Positions 39,036 to 53,001 of a stretch of DNA of 64,000 nucleotides are shown here, piece by piece (position 1 is the first letter of the stretch; every line of letters starts with the position of its first letter). The notes under the pieces are model-generated. The model was not told the DNA's origin, did no database searches, and saw nothing but the letters and a program-made list of their open reading frames with translations. This DNA comes from Pseudovirgaria hyperparasitica (Eukaryota), in assembly GCA_010093815.1 (NCBI GenBank), contig ML996575.1; one strand, given 5' to 3'. A program made the position numbers and the translations under genes.

Positions 39036-40348
39036 TCTACACGCCTCATCAACGCGCACAGCCATTCGGCGTGGTTCGACAGCTCAGACGGAGTCGAACA
39101 TGTATAAGTGCTGTACTTCAAACCGGCTAGAAGTCTTGGGTGTGGAAGGTATGGATTTCTAGCCCTCCATTGGCAGGCTTCTTCGGACGGCGGCTAGCGC
39201 TCAATTAAGCACCTAGAGTAAGATTCATGTTCTTCATTACCCTACGCACAAGATGATAGGAGTATCTAACTCCAACTGAATAGACTATCGCCGCCTTCAG
39301 ATGACACGCATCTCTTTTCTAAAGCACGTCACTAATCCCTAATGGAGTAGAAATGCCTCCTCGTCTTGTCTCAATATCACAACGATCAATCTATAGGCAC
39401 AAGCTCCTGATGGAATATCAAGGGGATAAGAAGAGACGGAGAACAGGTTATATGGAAGGAAAAAGAGTTGGGCAATGGAAGGACAGACTTGAAGACAGAG
39501 CAAAAATGAAGCATGTGCCACAGAAGACAGAGAGGCTCGAACTCTCCTCTTACCAGTTATATCTGATGTAGTCACCCCTCCAACAACTCCATAACATCAT
39601 CTGGATAAAAGAAATACTATATTGTACGTTGGCTATGGCATCTTCTTGCCTCACGGGCTTTGCAAGTGTATTCGCAATGAGCATGCTTTGGCAGCAAGCA
39701 CATCGCAAACAACCAGGCTAACAGTCTTGTACTCTGATTGATGTGTCGCGCACGATGGCAGAGCGCTAGATGCAATGATTGGTCTGGCCAGTAGCCGTAC
39801 AAAGTGATGGTCCTTTGGCATCGTCGATAAGAGGCACAGTGGAAGACGAAAGACGTCTGCAAAGTACAAGGGACACTAATTAAGACGCTTTGTAAGCTAG
39901 GAGAACGCACCAAGCGCCGGAGACAGGACTAAGAAATGCCGGCACATCGTGTTGCAGCTAATTATGCCACTGTCCACACCTAACCAAAGAGGAAAAATGC
40001 CGCGTTGTGGAGGAACACAGATGCACGGAGGGGAAGCAAGCAAATGTAATTAGCAATCAATATGTTAAGGATAGCGGATTTGTAAAAACATGCAGTTGTA
40101 AGGCGGCAGATAGCCTGCCGATACAAGCAATCCCCACTTCAGCCACAGCAGTAGCATTAATAATGAGTGATGTGAATCCGGATAGCAAACCCTGGCTTCC
40201 GACTGGCCGAAATTGTCTGCCTTAGGTTGCACATGTCTCTATAAAGACCCCGACAACATTGTGCCTCCAAGAGAAACCTCATATCCAGACTCACACCTTC
40301 TCTCACACCTAATAAACATCACCGCAACCCCTCTCACACACACTCGCA

Positions 40349-41047
40349 ATGGCCCCAATTACTACCGACGCCTACCTACAGGCCGTCAAATTTCGCCGCA
40401 CCGTGTACCCACTCACCAACAAGTCCCCCGTATCCGACGCTCGCATCGAGGAGATCGTGCAAGGTGTGATCGGCTCGTCGCCCAGCTCCTACAACACCCA
40501 GTCCACACGCGTGCTCGTCCTGCTCGGCGCACAGCATGAGAAGCTATGGGACCTAGTGCGTGAGCACGCTCTACCGCTGCTGCAGGGTGCCGGTGAGGAC
40601 GTAGTCAAGAGCATGGAGGGTCGCTTCAGCATGTTCCGCGCCGCGTATGGCAGTGTATGTTGCCTTTCGTACTCGCCGCTAGATCCCGGGCTCACTTTGA
40701 TGGATTGGCACTGACGTCCACAGGTTCTGTTCTTTGAGAACAAAGCCACCGTCGACGAAGCTGCCAAGACGCATGCGGCTGTCGCAGGCATGTTCCCCCA
40801 GTGGTCAGAACATGCGTCCGCCATGGCACAGGTGCAGCTTTGGACAGCGCTGGAACTCGAGGGTCTGGGCGCGAACTTGCAGCATATGAATGCGTTTCCA
40901 CCCGTTGCTGCAGCGATCCGCAAGCAGTGGGATCTGCCCGAGGCGTGGATACTGACGGCGCATCTGAACTTTGGCACAGTGAACGGCGAGTTTCCAGAGC
41001 ACCCCAAGAAGTTGCCCTTTAGTGAGACAGTTAAAGTTGCCAAATAG
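40349..41047 (+). CDS. Nitroreductase of the Frm2/Hbn1-like family; 1 intron (~40655-40722)
   Basis: 'VKFRRTVYPL', 'SPSSYNTQSTR', 'FPQWSEHASAMAQVQLWTALELEGLGANLQH'; intron gtatgt...ctgac...cag. Confidence 0.92.
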
Positions 41048-44000
41048 TGAGGCTAGACGAATTGAAATGTGCTAGGTATATCGAAGGCGTGCCTGGTGGA
41101 ATGCAGATTCTGGTGATAGATGACGTCATTAGGTACAGTATGCCCCGCGTTCATCAAATGCCTAACGGCATTCCACTGCATTTAACCTAGACGATCCATC
41201 TCCTCAAGCATGACTCCGTAAACTGTAATATCATCCTCGTACGCGCTTTAAAACCCCTTAGTCTTCCATAGCACCATCCACCTCGCTACAAGCACAAGAC
41301 ACCCTCACCACCAGTATTACGAAACCTCATCGCAACCTACACTCGAGTTCCTCTCTCTTCTCCCTTATTTCAACTTCCTACTCAAGTTCTCCTCATCTCA
41401 CAATATTGGCCAAATAATCTTCCATACCCTACCGACACGCCCTGACTCGTGCGCCCGGAGCGAAGACCCAAATCCGTCATCCATGCAGTCAGCCTTTAGC
41501 CAATGCTTGTGCTAGGTCATACTTACTACATCCAGCGCCGCCGTCTGACACACACATACCCTTGTTCCGTTTTCGTATCGCCCGGGGCATGTGACTAGAA
41601 GGGTATGCGAAGAGGTTGGATGGCTGGGCGCTGGCAGTGGATCCTTGCGTTGGGTCACTTTATATGTTGCCATGTTGTCGGGGTCTTCAGTATTGTGAAA
41701 GATACCAGGCAGGTGTCTGCAGGGGCCTTGCGAGGATATTTGGAGCCCTTCAGTTTTGCGAGTCGAATTGAGCATTATGGCATTTCCGGCAGTCGCTCTT
41801 GACCCGTCCCAGTACCTCGTTTTGAGACTCGCTGTCTTGTGGGAGTGTTTATATATAGTATCGCAAGGCTACACACACGTCCCACTGTGTACTTGCCACT
41901 TTCTTCAAGTTTTTCTTCTTCCGAGTCCTGCTCTTTCATTCAGCCTCGCCGCGGCCCCATAACCACGTTACACACACAAGTCTTCCAACCACACTCATCC
42001 CCACGTAGACTACACCCGCAAGCCGATCTTTCATAGCATCTGCTTGCGCATTGCGCAGGACACTAGAAGTATGCAGATGTTTCTTCGCGGCATTGAAGAG
42101 GTATATAGGCCGCCATATACGCGGTAGACACGCTCTAATGCTACACGGGTACCGCATAGCAGGCGCACTCGATACTGTATGCGCAACGCGCATAGTCTGG
42201 CGTCGCGCAAGCCAGTGTATCTATAGGCAGTGCACTGTGTCCTGACATATGGGCTTGCCAGTGTGTGTCTGTCGCCTCCAAGTGCTATGCTCTTGAGCCT
42301 TTCTGTCATATACTACTATGGGTTGCTGCTACAGCGAGTTCCCTTATTTTGGCACCGTCCCTTGTTGTGTTGGGTGGTTCTCTTGTTTTTGCATGTGCGC
42401 TCGTGTCTGCTTCTGCATGGCGCTGTGTGCCGTGCGCTGGGGGTGGCTCGCTTTCGATTCTGGAGGCTCGAGGGATGTTCGAGGGGAAGATTTGATGAGA
42501 GAAGTGTTTCGTAAGAATGGTGTGTTCGCTAAGAGTAGCATTCGATCTGGAAGTTTGGTAGTAAACGATATGTTCCGAGCAGATGAATGTCAGGCGGTAA
42601 TGTCCTCGCGTGATTTTGTGTACGAAGGAGAGCTTGGCAGTAGCATGGTCTGTAAGTCAACTGTTTTTACCAAGCCTCACTCCTCTTGCTTACCTTGTTG
42701 CTACCAATATTCCTCTGTGTGTCTATGGATAACGGAACCATGCTACGTTGAAGCCGGGACGACACAATTTCCAGCCTCCGTGTAGCTAAGATTAACATTT
42801 TTTGTCACAATAACAAGACCTCTTGTAGGCTTCCACCATGTAGGCTAGAAGGTGTCATTTGTATCGCCCTGTTTCTCGGGGGCTGGGAAGTAGTAGTAAA
42901 GTCAACGCATGTCTCTCTGGATGGTGAGACGCGTGTTTCTAAAGTGGCTTGATGGCCCACATACAAATTATTGCCAAGGGCTATCCCTTATTCTCGGTTT
43001 CTAGAAAGCCTCAGCCATTAGTTAATTAACTTTTGCTCGAAGTACTACTATTAGAAAAAAAGAATGTTAGTTATCACTATCGCTAACAGATGTCGAGCGT
43101 GTAGACGGAGTTACTGTGGTGGTAGCATACCACTTATCTAGCTACGAGCCACCACAGAACAAGATCTCAAAAAAGAGCACAACTCGTCCTAGCCTGGACT
43201 TGAATACGGCCCTAAAAAAATGTCAAGAACTTGTAGTTCTCTCTGATTAAACATGTCATCCGTTAATCTTCTCTGTATCGTTGCCATTATACCAAGTGGC
43301 CGAAGCCAGAGTAATCTTGACTCGTGTAAACTATACTTTGTAAAAGTGAGAATTTTGGCCTGTTAGAGAAGGGATTCCAAGGACCCTGCCAAGGGTTAAT
43401 GTTCACTCGGCACTCTTTCCGCTGAATTCTGCCGCCGACCGCGCTAGCAAATGGGATTCTGTGGGTAGAAACTGTCTAGATGTGATGTCATTATTGTTTC
43501 AAGACTGTGAAAGTATCTTTCCCTTGCATTCGAGCATCTTCTGCTAAGAAGAAAAGTAAACAACGCAACTTCGGGTAGTCTGAGCTCTGGCTGCCCTTGC
43601 GCTTGTAATGGTCCTCAATTCTGTAAGCTAGCACGACTTATCAGAGACAGTACAAAGTCCTATGGCAAACAGGGCAAATAAGATCCCGTGTAAGGCTCCA
43701 CCACTAGAATCACAAGCCGCTGTAGAAAGTGGAATCTTGTCCCCAACCATGGCAGACTCGTGTTAGACTGTATTTACACATAGGTGCAGCTCTCAAAACC
43801 CATCATGCATCATGGTACTACCAGCATTTAAGAACATGGAAAGGTTTTTAAAGAAACGCTAAGTAAGACGGATCATTCATGCAGTGGCGCAATTTCCCCA
43901 ATCATACATCGGACTGCTAAATCTTATTGACTCCATCAAAAAAGACCTTACCGTGTTGAACGAATCTTTATGCATCTCTTTATGACAAGCCTCCTAGAAC

Positions 44001-45242
44001 TCAGAGACCTACATGCGCAAGTAAGGTCGTAATGTCGTGCTAGCTAACAAGCCCAGTGAGTGACTATCATCTTTTTATTCTGCTGTGCCCCTACCATCAT
44101 GAAAACAAATATTATACGACGATGGGAGTCTGTCGATTGATAGCTTTGGTGATTGTAAGATTTTCCAACTTGCCGAACTCTTACACTCTGAGTGGGAGAA
44201 CGTGTGTTTCATTGGACGCCAAGCAGGCTCGTGTAGTACGGTCGTGTTATAGATGGGAAACTTCAGCCTGGTGTATCAATTGATAGCGAATACCTGCTCG
44301 AGAGATGGCCTCTGACATGCTATTCTTTGTGAGCTTGGCTAACGCATGAAATGGAGCTCCTAAAACATACCTTGAGACTTCATACCACATTGGCTGCGTG
44401 CATAGAGTTACAACCTGCAAGAACTCGGACACCGACTCAATTTCCAGCAAGTCTGCGAATCAAGGACCCTATGTGAGTGAAAAAAGTTTTCCGCAGCTTC
44501 TATCAAAGCCGATACAGACGTATTGCTTGATGGTGATCTTACTTACAAACAACCCCTGATGAACTTGCCCCACGCGATATTACGGGTTGTTCGAAATTGC
44601 TTCACCACAAGGCTCTAATTATATGTCTCAACAGATTTCTGCACCTTCGTATCCTGTTACTTACCATCCAGCAACTATACATCCTGCCGTCTCATCTATT
44701 GCTGGTCGATTTCTTTTCCGCAAGTATTTCCACGAGCTTGGCTAATTTGTCTATTATGTTCTGACAACTCTGAACTTTAGTAAGTGAAACAATCGATCAA
44801 GTCTACACCATTGGCGGCAAGTACACTTACCTAGAGACTGAATAAGTAAAGGTAATTAGTAGTCACGGACTCAGTATACGACGCTAAGTATATATCCTAT
44901 TCAGGATGAATGTTACTAAGATGTAATCGCTAATTGATGCTATATGCAGTTTTCCACGCACGGGAGTCAAGAAGAACCTCACTGGTCATTGATTGGAGGA
45001 ATGGATATGAATGACAAGAACACATTAAAGAGCCAAAAGGAAATTTCATGATTCCTAGCATGTAACATCATAAATTTACAAGAAAGTGCAATGATAGCAG
45101 CATTTACGAGATGTGCGAACGCTTGGACAGTCAACAGTAGGATTCATGTGTAAAAAACAGGCATAGGAAATTTTCACGTTCTATTAGAGAAGAAAGCATA
45201 GATAAGAACGAGGGACATGCTTTAATTTTACAGTTCCAACCT

Positions 45243-45752
45243 CTACGCCTGAGGCGCTAGAATATTGACCTTGCCAAGCGGCTGTTCCAAGTCTGACAGA
45301 ATAATATGCCACACCTCTGAGGTAATATCGATGACCTTGAAATCATAGCCCGTCTCAAAGTCGCCCCATACTCCCACGGAGACGAACACACAGTTACCGC
45401 GTGTCGCAAGATCATCTTTGAAGCGTGTACCGGGCCGTGAGAAGTCGAGGCGCAGCTTGCTGCGGGCCTTGGTCGGGTTGATTAGAATGAGAGTGCATCC
45501 TGAGGTTGACTCATCATACATGGTATAGCGAGCCGTACAGTATGTCAGCGTCTGCCTATACCTGTTCAGGCTGTCGTCGACCATGCTCTTGTAGTCGAAC
45601 CATCCAAGACTTCTCTTTTTCGGTATAGTGGTATGGCTATAGACCAATTTATAGATGTGGCGGTCTGTATCTTCTCCCAAAGTTTGGGTGATTCGCTTCA
45701 GCCGCCCGTTTTCCATGATCATGATGCCATAGAACAGTGTTTCGGCGTCCAT
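45243..45752 (-). CDS. Hypothetical protein (~169 aa)
   Basis: Intact ORF from ATG (MDAETLFYG...) with a TATA-like TATATA about 90 bp upstream; no recognised family. Confidence 0.5.
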   Translation of the reverse strand: MDAETLFYGIMIMENGRLKRITQTLGEDTDRHIYKLVYSHTTIPKKRSLGWFDYKSMVDDSLNRYRQTLTYCTARYTMYDESTSGCTLILINPTKARSKLRLDFSRPGTRFKDDLATRGNCVFVSVGVWGDFETGYDFKVIDITSEVWHIILSDLEQPLGKVNILAPQA

Positions 45753-47489
45753 CTTCTGACGAGAGCTTGGAGTATATGGGCGTGTAATAGGAAAGAACAC
45801 AGACAAAGGGAGCTCCGATGCTGTAACTAGATGAGCCTATATATACTCTGCCATCTTTTAGAAATTGACTTCTACTTCTGGTAATTCAAGATTGACTTAC
45901 CTTGTGCAATGATCTCACACCCTAGCTGATTATCGTGTAACGGGCACGAGTGGGGGTAGATTTAGGCGGCTGGAGTATTAAAGGCGTGGGCATGGAGGCA
46001 AGAGAAGTGGTGCTGTTACCAGGTCTTGTGGAACCTGTATGCAAACACTTGAATGGGGCTCGTTCGGAAAATCATTCACAATGCTAGGGAATTATGCCGA
46101 TTATGTGAAGGAGTCCATAGCCTTGGCGTTGACGTCTTATTACCGTGCACTCACTGATTAACATGGTTGAGAAACTCTGACCTAGCTCTGTCGACTGTCC
46201 CATATTACTTCCCTGCTACTTTCCAGCCGGTCGAGCATCTACGCAGGATGACGAACATGAATGGAAAATCACGACCATGGTCAGTCACGGTATGTCCCAG
46301 TCTTGATTGATAAAGCATATAATAATGTAATCTCTATGGTAATAGCTAGTTATACTCGAAGCTGCACGTCAGCGTCCTCGCATACGAATCTTGCCGCCCC
46401 TAGTCATCCGCCAGGTATACTTGAGATCATGCTACATAGGGCGCAGAGACTGTAGATCCACCTATACAGCATAGATTCCACTGACTACGAGCAGCTCTTC
46501 ATCTCGACAGTCCTTATATGAAGAGGAGGCTAACGACTCTGTAGTTCCTTCGCAGGCTCGAGAGAGCTATCTAAACTAGATCCTCCCCAAGATCTACGCA
46601 CTCACTAATTGGTATGGTGTTTGCGGATGGTTGCCGCCTGGTGCTTCTCGAGCAGTTTACGCCCTGGAGATATCTTACAAATGTCTCGTCATGGCAGCAC
46701 AGGTTTTGAGAAAGCAAAGGCTACTCTGAAAAATGTATTGGGTTTAGCAAAAGAAGAAATATACTTAGAACCATTCACTCCTATCGATTAGCAGGCTTTG
46801 AATTCATGAGGATCTCACTAGTCATCAAGAGAGACAGCTTATTCGATCCGTTGTTAGAGATGCTGAAATTTCGACTGTAGAAAACAGAGACTTCGGTCAG
46901 CAGACCAAAAGATACAAAAGTTGGGAACATGGTTCAAGATAGAGCATGCCTGAGCTCTTTGGGATATAACGTAGCATGAAGAGTGTTTTGCAAATAGCGA
47001 CTGCCTCTTCTGTGTATGCTATATATAGCCTACTTGGTAGACGGCTCGAGTGTTAGGCACGCTGTTAACATACTCCATTTTGTACTTATCTTTGGAGCTA
47101 CACACTTGGCTTCGAAATATTAACTATGTTTTGTCAGGCTGGCTTTTAGTACCAAGACATTTGACCTATTAGATAACTAGGCCAACATTCTATACACTCG
47201 ACACAGAGTACTTTCAAAGTGTAGGCCCCTTAGCATAATATTAACCTCATGACAAGTCGACCTCAAAAGAAAATAATAATCCTAATATGTATTGGAGGGC
47301 GAGCACGCATCGTGATGAGATATACACCGTGCTTGGCTTTTCCGGGGTATATGCGCCAATCAAACTTCAGGGCTGACATTCTACTCCGCTTGACAGCCAC
47401 ACCTTTTGGCACAGCCCTGCACCTTAGGCACGTCAGTCGACACTACATTCCTTCCACAAACAGCCAACGCTATACAACAAAAACAACAA

Positions 47490-49089
47490 ATGCCGGATAA
47501 TAGCTCCGACCAGGCGCAGCCGCTGCTACAAGATGACACTGGCCATATAGCTTCTTACGGGGGTGAAGCAAACGTCGAAAGTCAGCGCCTCAGCACATTT
47601 GCAAAGAACCTCTCTGCACGCGATGCTTACGCCGTTCTCATCTCGATCATCATTGGCTCCGGTGTCTTCACATCGCCAGGCTCTATCGACTCTAATGTTC
47701 CCTCACCAGGAGTAGGATTGCTGGTATGGCTTGTTGGTGGCCTTCTTGCCTGGACTGGCGCCGCCACGATGGCAGAGCTCGGGACTGCAATTCCAGGAGA
47801 AGGAGGCATCCAGCCTTATCTTACGCGTGCGTACGGCGAGGTATTCGGATTTCTAGCTGCTTGGACTTGGATCGTCGCCCTTATGCCGGCTACTTTGGCC
47901 ATTCTTAGCATTGCTTTCGTCGACACCATATCATCATTTGCTGGAGTTACGGGAGGCTCGCACATGTGGGCACACAAAGGCTTCTCTATCATGGTACTTT
48001 TTGTCGTGACAGGAGCAAATTGTATCAGTACAAAAACAAGTACACGGCTTGGATCTTTCTTTGTCGTCATCAAGCTGCTTTCGATTGCTCTATTGGTGCT
48101 GGCCGGTATATCAGTCGTTGGAGTATATAGTGCTCAGAGCCATCATGACATTGGCGGCGGTGACTGGCACTCTAGGGGATGGTTTGGTCCTCGAGATACA
48201 GTCCAAAGAGACGGAACCAAAATTGACTGGACAACCCTGGGCCAATGGCAGAGGCTAGGGCACTACTCTGCGGCTCTCTACGGCGCACTATGGGCATACT
48301 CTGGCTGGGACAAGGCTAATTATGTTGCTGCAGAACTCTCATCACCATCTCAGCAACTTCCTCTTTCAATCAATACTGCTATACCAACCATAATATTGAG
48401 CTACGTCCTCTCGAATGCGGTTTACTACATCCTTCTACCCTGGAGTGTTGTCTCAACGACCGATAGCGTTGCAGTGACGGCAATCATGCGTGTTCTCGGG
48501 TCTGCAGCTGCTATAGTGGCAGTTGTCATGATATGTCTTGTGATCGCTGGTTCACTGCTCGGCAATTCATTCGTTACTGGCCGCATGACTGTCTCCGCTG
48601 CCAACAAATCCTGGCTGCCTGAAGATCTAGGTGTAGTTGGCAGGGTTGGACGAAAGCGCAATGTCACAGGGACAAGCAACTCCGATGTGCTTGCTCCCAG
48701 GGATACTCCAATGTAAATCCCAATCATTGTGCCATAATGCCATTTTACTGACATGGTGTAGCAATGCACTTGTTCTGTCTGCGATCATCTCCGCAATCTA
48801 CATCCTTGTAGGTGACTTTCGAGTTCTCCTTACTTTCAATGGCCTTGGAGAGTACACCTTTTTCCTTCTAGCTGTGCTTGGAAATGTTATTCTTCGATGG
48901 AAGGAGCCGGATCTGCCTCGCCCGTATAAGCCCTTCATTGGAGTCCCTATATTATTCGCTGTAATTTGTGCTTTTATGGTCGTTCGGGGAGCGATTTTTG
49001 CTCCAGTCCCGGCAGCGATTTTGATAGGTATTTGGAGTCTCGGATATGGGTTTTACCTAGCTATGAAACGGTCTGTAGAAAGAGCATGA
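47490..49089 (+). CDS. APC superfamily L-type amino acid (LAT/Mup-like) permease; 1 intron (~48713-48761)
   Basis: 'IIIGSGVFTSPG', 'MAELGTAIPGEGG', 'ALYGALWAYSGWD' and 'LRWKEPDLPRPYK'. Confidence 0.92.
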
Positions 49090-49518
49090 GTCAGGCAACA
49101 GGTAGTAGCATCGTTAGAAAGAGTCAGAAATGTTGCACGATTCCCCATCAGCTCCATGCTGTCTTGCTTAGGTTCTGTATCTTCTTTCCCGCGGTTCTCT
49201 GACCTTCAAGAGTGCACACAAACTTCTTTCACTTAGCGAGGTGTTCTAATAAGGGATGGACTAGACCACCTAATCTGAATGGAACACTTTCAATTCTTAT
49301 GAAGTGTTCCCAAGATCACTCATAGTGGGGCCAAGTGACATAGACACATGTTTACTGTACTATTCACAGGGTCTCATCTTGGTTCGCCGGGTCTGTGTCC
49401 GGCTGCACACAACAGAGGTATTTAAGGGCTTTTCTACTGTCTCAACTCCTTCCAGATCTATCCCACTCCAGACAAGATCTTCCTCCTACATAAACTCTTA
49501 ATCTCATTTCTCTCCAAG

Positions 49519-50029
49519 ATGACTTCCAGCCAAAACCACATCCGCTATGTTTGCACTACTTTCGACATCGAGATCACTCCGAACGTGCTCAATATAGCAT
49601 ATGACGACCGGTCAGGGGCTCCCGCATCCTTCAGTGGGATACGCAACGCACCTCCTATCAATCCCCACCACACCGATCACCAGGTGTTTACCACGGACCA
49701 CCTGAGTATCATGCTTTTTGTGGGTGGCGGAACAGTCGTCACAATCAATGATAGTCGCGGCCGACCTAGCCGCAGACGCACCTTCAACGTGCCGCCAGCA
49801 CTCCTAGGCTGGGTCGAGACCAATGAGGGCAGACAAGGGCACTGGCTGTATGTCAATGACGCGAACAGAGGAAGCTTTGCCGGTATGTATAGCTTCATTC
49901 CTCCCTCTGAATTTACACCTGATCATTGCTCTGGAAGCTCGATGGGTCATCAATTCGCGGTCCCTGCCCACGATATTGATACTTTATCAACTCCATAGCC
50001 ATGAAAAAAACCCTCCCCTCATACCATAA
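49519..50029 (+). CDS. Small hypothetical protein, probably 1 intron (~49883-49938)
   Basis: ATG in CAAGATG context, ORF of more than 120 codons, gtatgt donor and ctgat branch-like site. Confidence 0.45.
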
Positions 50030-50781
50030 AGTATTTCTACAAGCTTCATACGCTCTAAAGTCACCTTGCAATCTTAAACTTCCACAATTCTCTCTCCTTG
50101 CTATCCCTATAGAACGTCTCTTCATCGAGACCCAATCTAACTCAAACGCAGAACTCCGAATCGCCCCCCCGCCCGCTTTGAGCACCAGATCGGCCACTCA
50201 GGCCTCCCAGGCGTTCTCATCTTCTGGTTCCTCCCTGAACCGCCCTTGCCTTCATCCCCCTACCACAATGTCTTATCGCAGTAGCAATGGGCGTCCTACC
50301 ATCTCTTTCCCGCATATACCGTCCGAGAATCAGTGTTTCTGCGCTACGATGAGGCGCGTGACAGGTTCGGCGCAGGTATGCGCTACCTGTAGAACTGCCC
50401 GTGGAACGAATATGTAGAACAGATCGGAGAGGTCGGAGAGGGCTGGAAGAGGATGTGATAGATATGAGATCAGGCAGACAATGCTGGAGAGGGGAAGTTT
50501 GATAACATTTGGGAGTTTGGGAGCTTGGGTCACAATCATATAGCCATTCGAAGTTGTTACTACATTGGATACCTTGACCGGGCCATGTGTATCTGGTCCC
50601 ATTAGCTTGACATGGATACTTTTTCCTGGTAGCAATGCACAACAATATCCTTTGCACTTGCACGACATTTAATACATACGTGATAGCAGGTACAGCGATT
50701 CAATTGTTTCATATATATCTCATAGCACATATCAAACCACACATAGCGTAATTATCCCTTGCTATAAGCCCAAGTCCCACT

Positions 50782-52489
50782 CTACGTGATGTACCGAAAC
50801 CCGACTGCTTCGTCTGCCATCTCCGTCACGTCAATATTCCCTTTCTCAACAGGCCCTTCCATGCTCTCCCTCCTCTTATTCTCTCTGGTCAACCACCACT
50901 TATGCACTAGTACCTGCAGAACCACACACGCCGCCATTGCACACGCCACCCAGTGCCCCTTTATATACTCAGGCGCCTCGACCCTTGGATAGAAGAATGT
51001 GCCAGCAATGCTCCCAATATTACCCATAGCAGTATACGCACCCAGGCCGATCGCTCGCTTCGACTCGTTGCCCAAATTATTCGCAACCCAGGCGTGGGAA
51101 GGAGGGTAGAGCGCGTAGACGGATGGTACGACGAGACATACGCATGCATATTTTGCACGCAGAGCAGAGGTAGGAAGGGCAGCAAGGAGAGCGTACATCA
51201 CGGCGGCGACCATGGCGAGGACGGCGAGGTGCAGGCCGCGTTCGCGGTAGTAATCGGAGGTATAGGAAGTGGTAAACATGACGAAGAAAGCGATTGCATA
51301 GGGGGGGACTGCGTGGAGTAAGTAGACTGTATGGAGAGAGATTGATTGGGTCAGGTACCGGTCATGAGATTTGCTGATGTGGGTGTGGAGTAGCCAAGAT
51401 CCTCGATGATTGTCGGGAGGAAACCGGATATGGAGGAGATGAGGGAGGCGATTGGAAGGTATATGGCAGCTAAGATAGACCTTGAGTACGAATGCAGTAA
51501 CGGGGACGTAGCGGCTGACCTTGAGCGTAAAGTTTCCAATCCCCCAGTGCCATCACGAAATGTTTCTTTCTTATACCCGTCCCTGAATCAGCGAACTCCA
51601 TCTCATACCTCTCGATAGCAATTTTCGCCTGTCTGCCCTTGAACCGGCTATTTTTGGTAGGGCGATCAGGGAGCCAATACAGCATGAAGAGCCCTAGAAG
51701 AAAGCATGGAATACCCTCGATAATGAAAAGTAGCTTCCAATTTGGAACTCGAGCTTTGATGTGTCCCACTCCGTACGCAATCAGACCTCCGAAAGCCCCT
51801 GCAATTGACGTCGGTCCGAGGAACCAGAATATTCGTAGGCCCATCTCGTTTCGATGGTACCAGAGTGAGAGATAGTAGACGATGCCAGTGCCAAATAACC
51901 CTTCGAAAGCACCAAGGAAGATACGGCAGACAAGAAGAGAGACGTAACCCTGGGCTGTGACTTGGAGAACAGAGCAAACAGCCCAGCCGCACACGCCAAA
52001 AGCGATCCACTATCAGGAATTAGTTGTTTGAGGCATTGCGAAATCTTACTGTCTATAACATTACCTTTGATGGTGGAAAGATCCTGTATCCGATGCTACC
52101 TGGGACCTGACATAGCACAAGGCCTACATAGAATATCATGATGACTGTCTGCCATTGAATAGAAGAGAGTGTGGACCTTCCTGGGCCTACTCCTTCATTT
52201 GCTGTATCGTGACCTTTGTCGAGGCCTAGCAGTTTAGCGTTCTGTTGATTGCGATAGTTAGCAGAAGATTTTCGATGGAAGTAAGGTAAAATACAGCTAT
52301 GTTCCCGCGGTCAAGATATTCGAAGAAGTAGAGGATAGAAATTGCCGGAAGGATGATTCTGTCCAGTCGACGCATATACTTTTTCACCTCCTTTTCGTTT
52401 TGGCCCTCATTTATGTTCTGCATCGTGGCAGACTCCTCAGCGTCGACCTTCTCAGTCCATATCTGTTCAGGTTTGTTAATCTGCTCCAT
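50782..52489 (-). CDS. MFS anion:cation symporter (Dal5/Tna1-like carboxylate permease); multi-exon
   Basis: 'RRLDRIILP...YLDRGNI', 'RIFLGAFEG...YYLSLWYHRNE', 'WKLLFIIEG', 'WVANNLGNESKRA' and C-terminal 'FRYIT'. Confidence 0.9.
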
Positions 52490-53001
52490 GATGAGGCAGG
52501 TGGAGCAGTGTTAGCATCGTGAAGCCGAAGATGTCTGCTGTCGAGAGGTCGGCCTTAAGAAGATTTCCACATTGCTGGTTTTAGTGCAATTGGAAGTTGG
52601 TTGGCCTACAAGACATCTTGACCCGGATCGCCTCGAGATAGCGCCTTGTCGTTTGAGCAGGTTGTGTTGTGCTAGCCCTAATCCATCGACTAGTCCTACC
52701 ACACCCGACCTTGGTTAGCGCGGTTTGGTCAAACTCCATGGAGACTTTCCGGCTGTCTCTCCGGGAAGATGCTAGCGAGCGTGATGAGCGGCAACCTCCA
52801 TGGCTTCAAGCGCAATCAAGGCAAGCCTAAGGTAGCATGGTTCTCAAAAATGCCTCGTAAGTGTGATGGAGTAGTCAGAGGTTGCGCCTTATGTCCGACA
52901 GTCTCAACAGAATGCCTCTGAATTCATCCGGCGCATTGCTTCTGGGCCTCAATGAACGCCAAAACGTCCACTTGCAGTCACTCCTATTACAAATAACGAT
53001 C

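Noticed and set aside
43115..43158. Imperfect inverted repeat CTGTGGTGG...CCACCACAG
   Set aside because: Short, with no TSD or second copy; may be chance.
43800..44800. Possible NACHT/STAND-like gene relic
   Set aside because: Only vague peptide fragments and no Walker A motif; needs BLASTx.
50050..50668. Cys-containing short ORFs on the minus strand
   Set aside because: No signal peptide, multiple stops downstream and no recognisable family.
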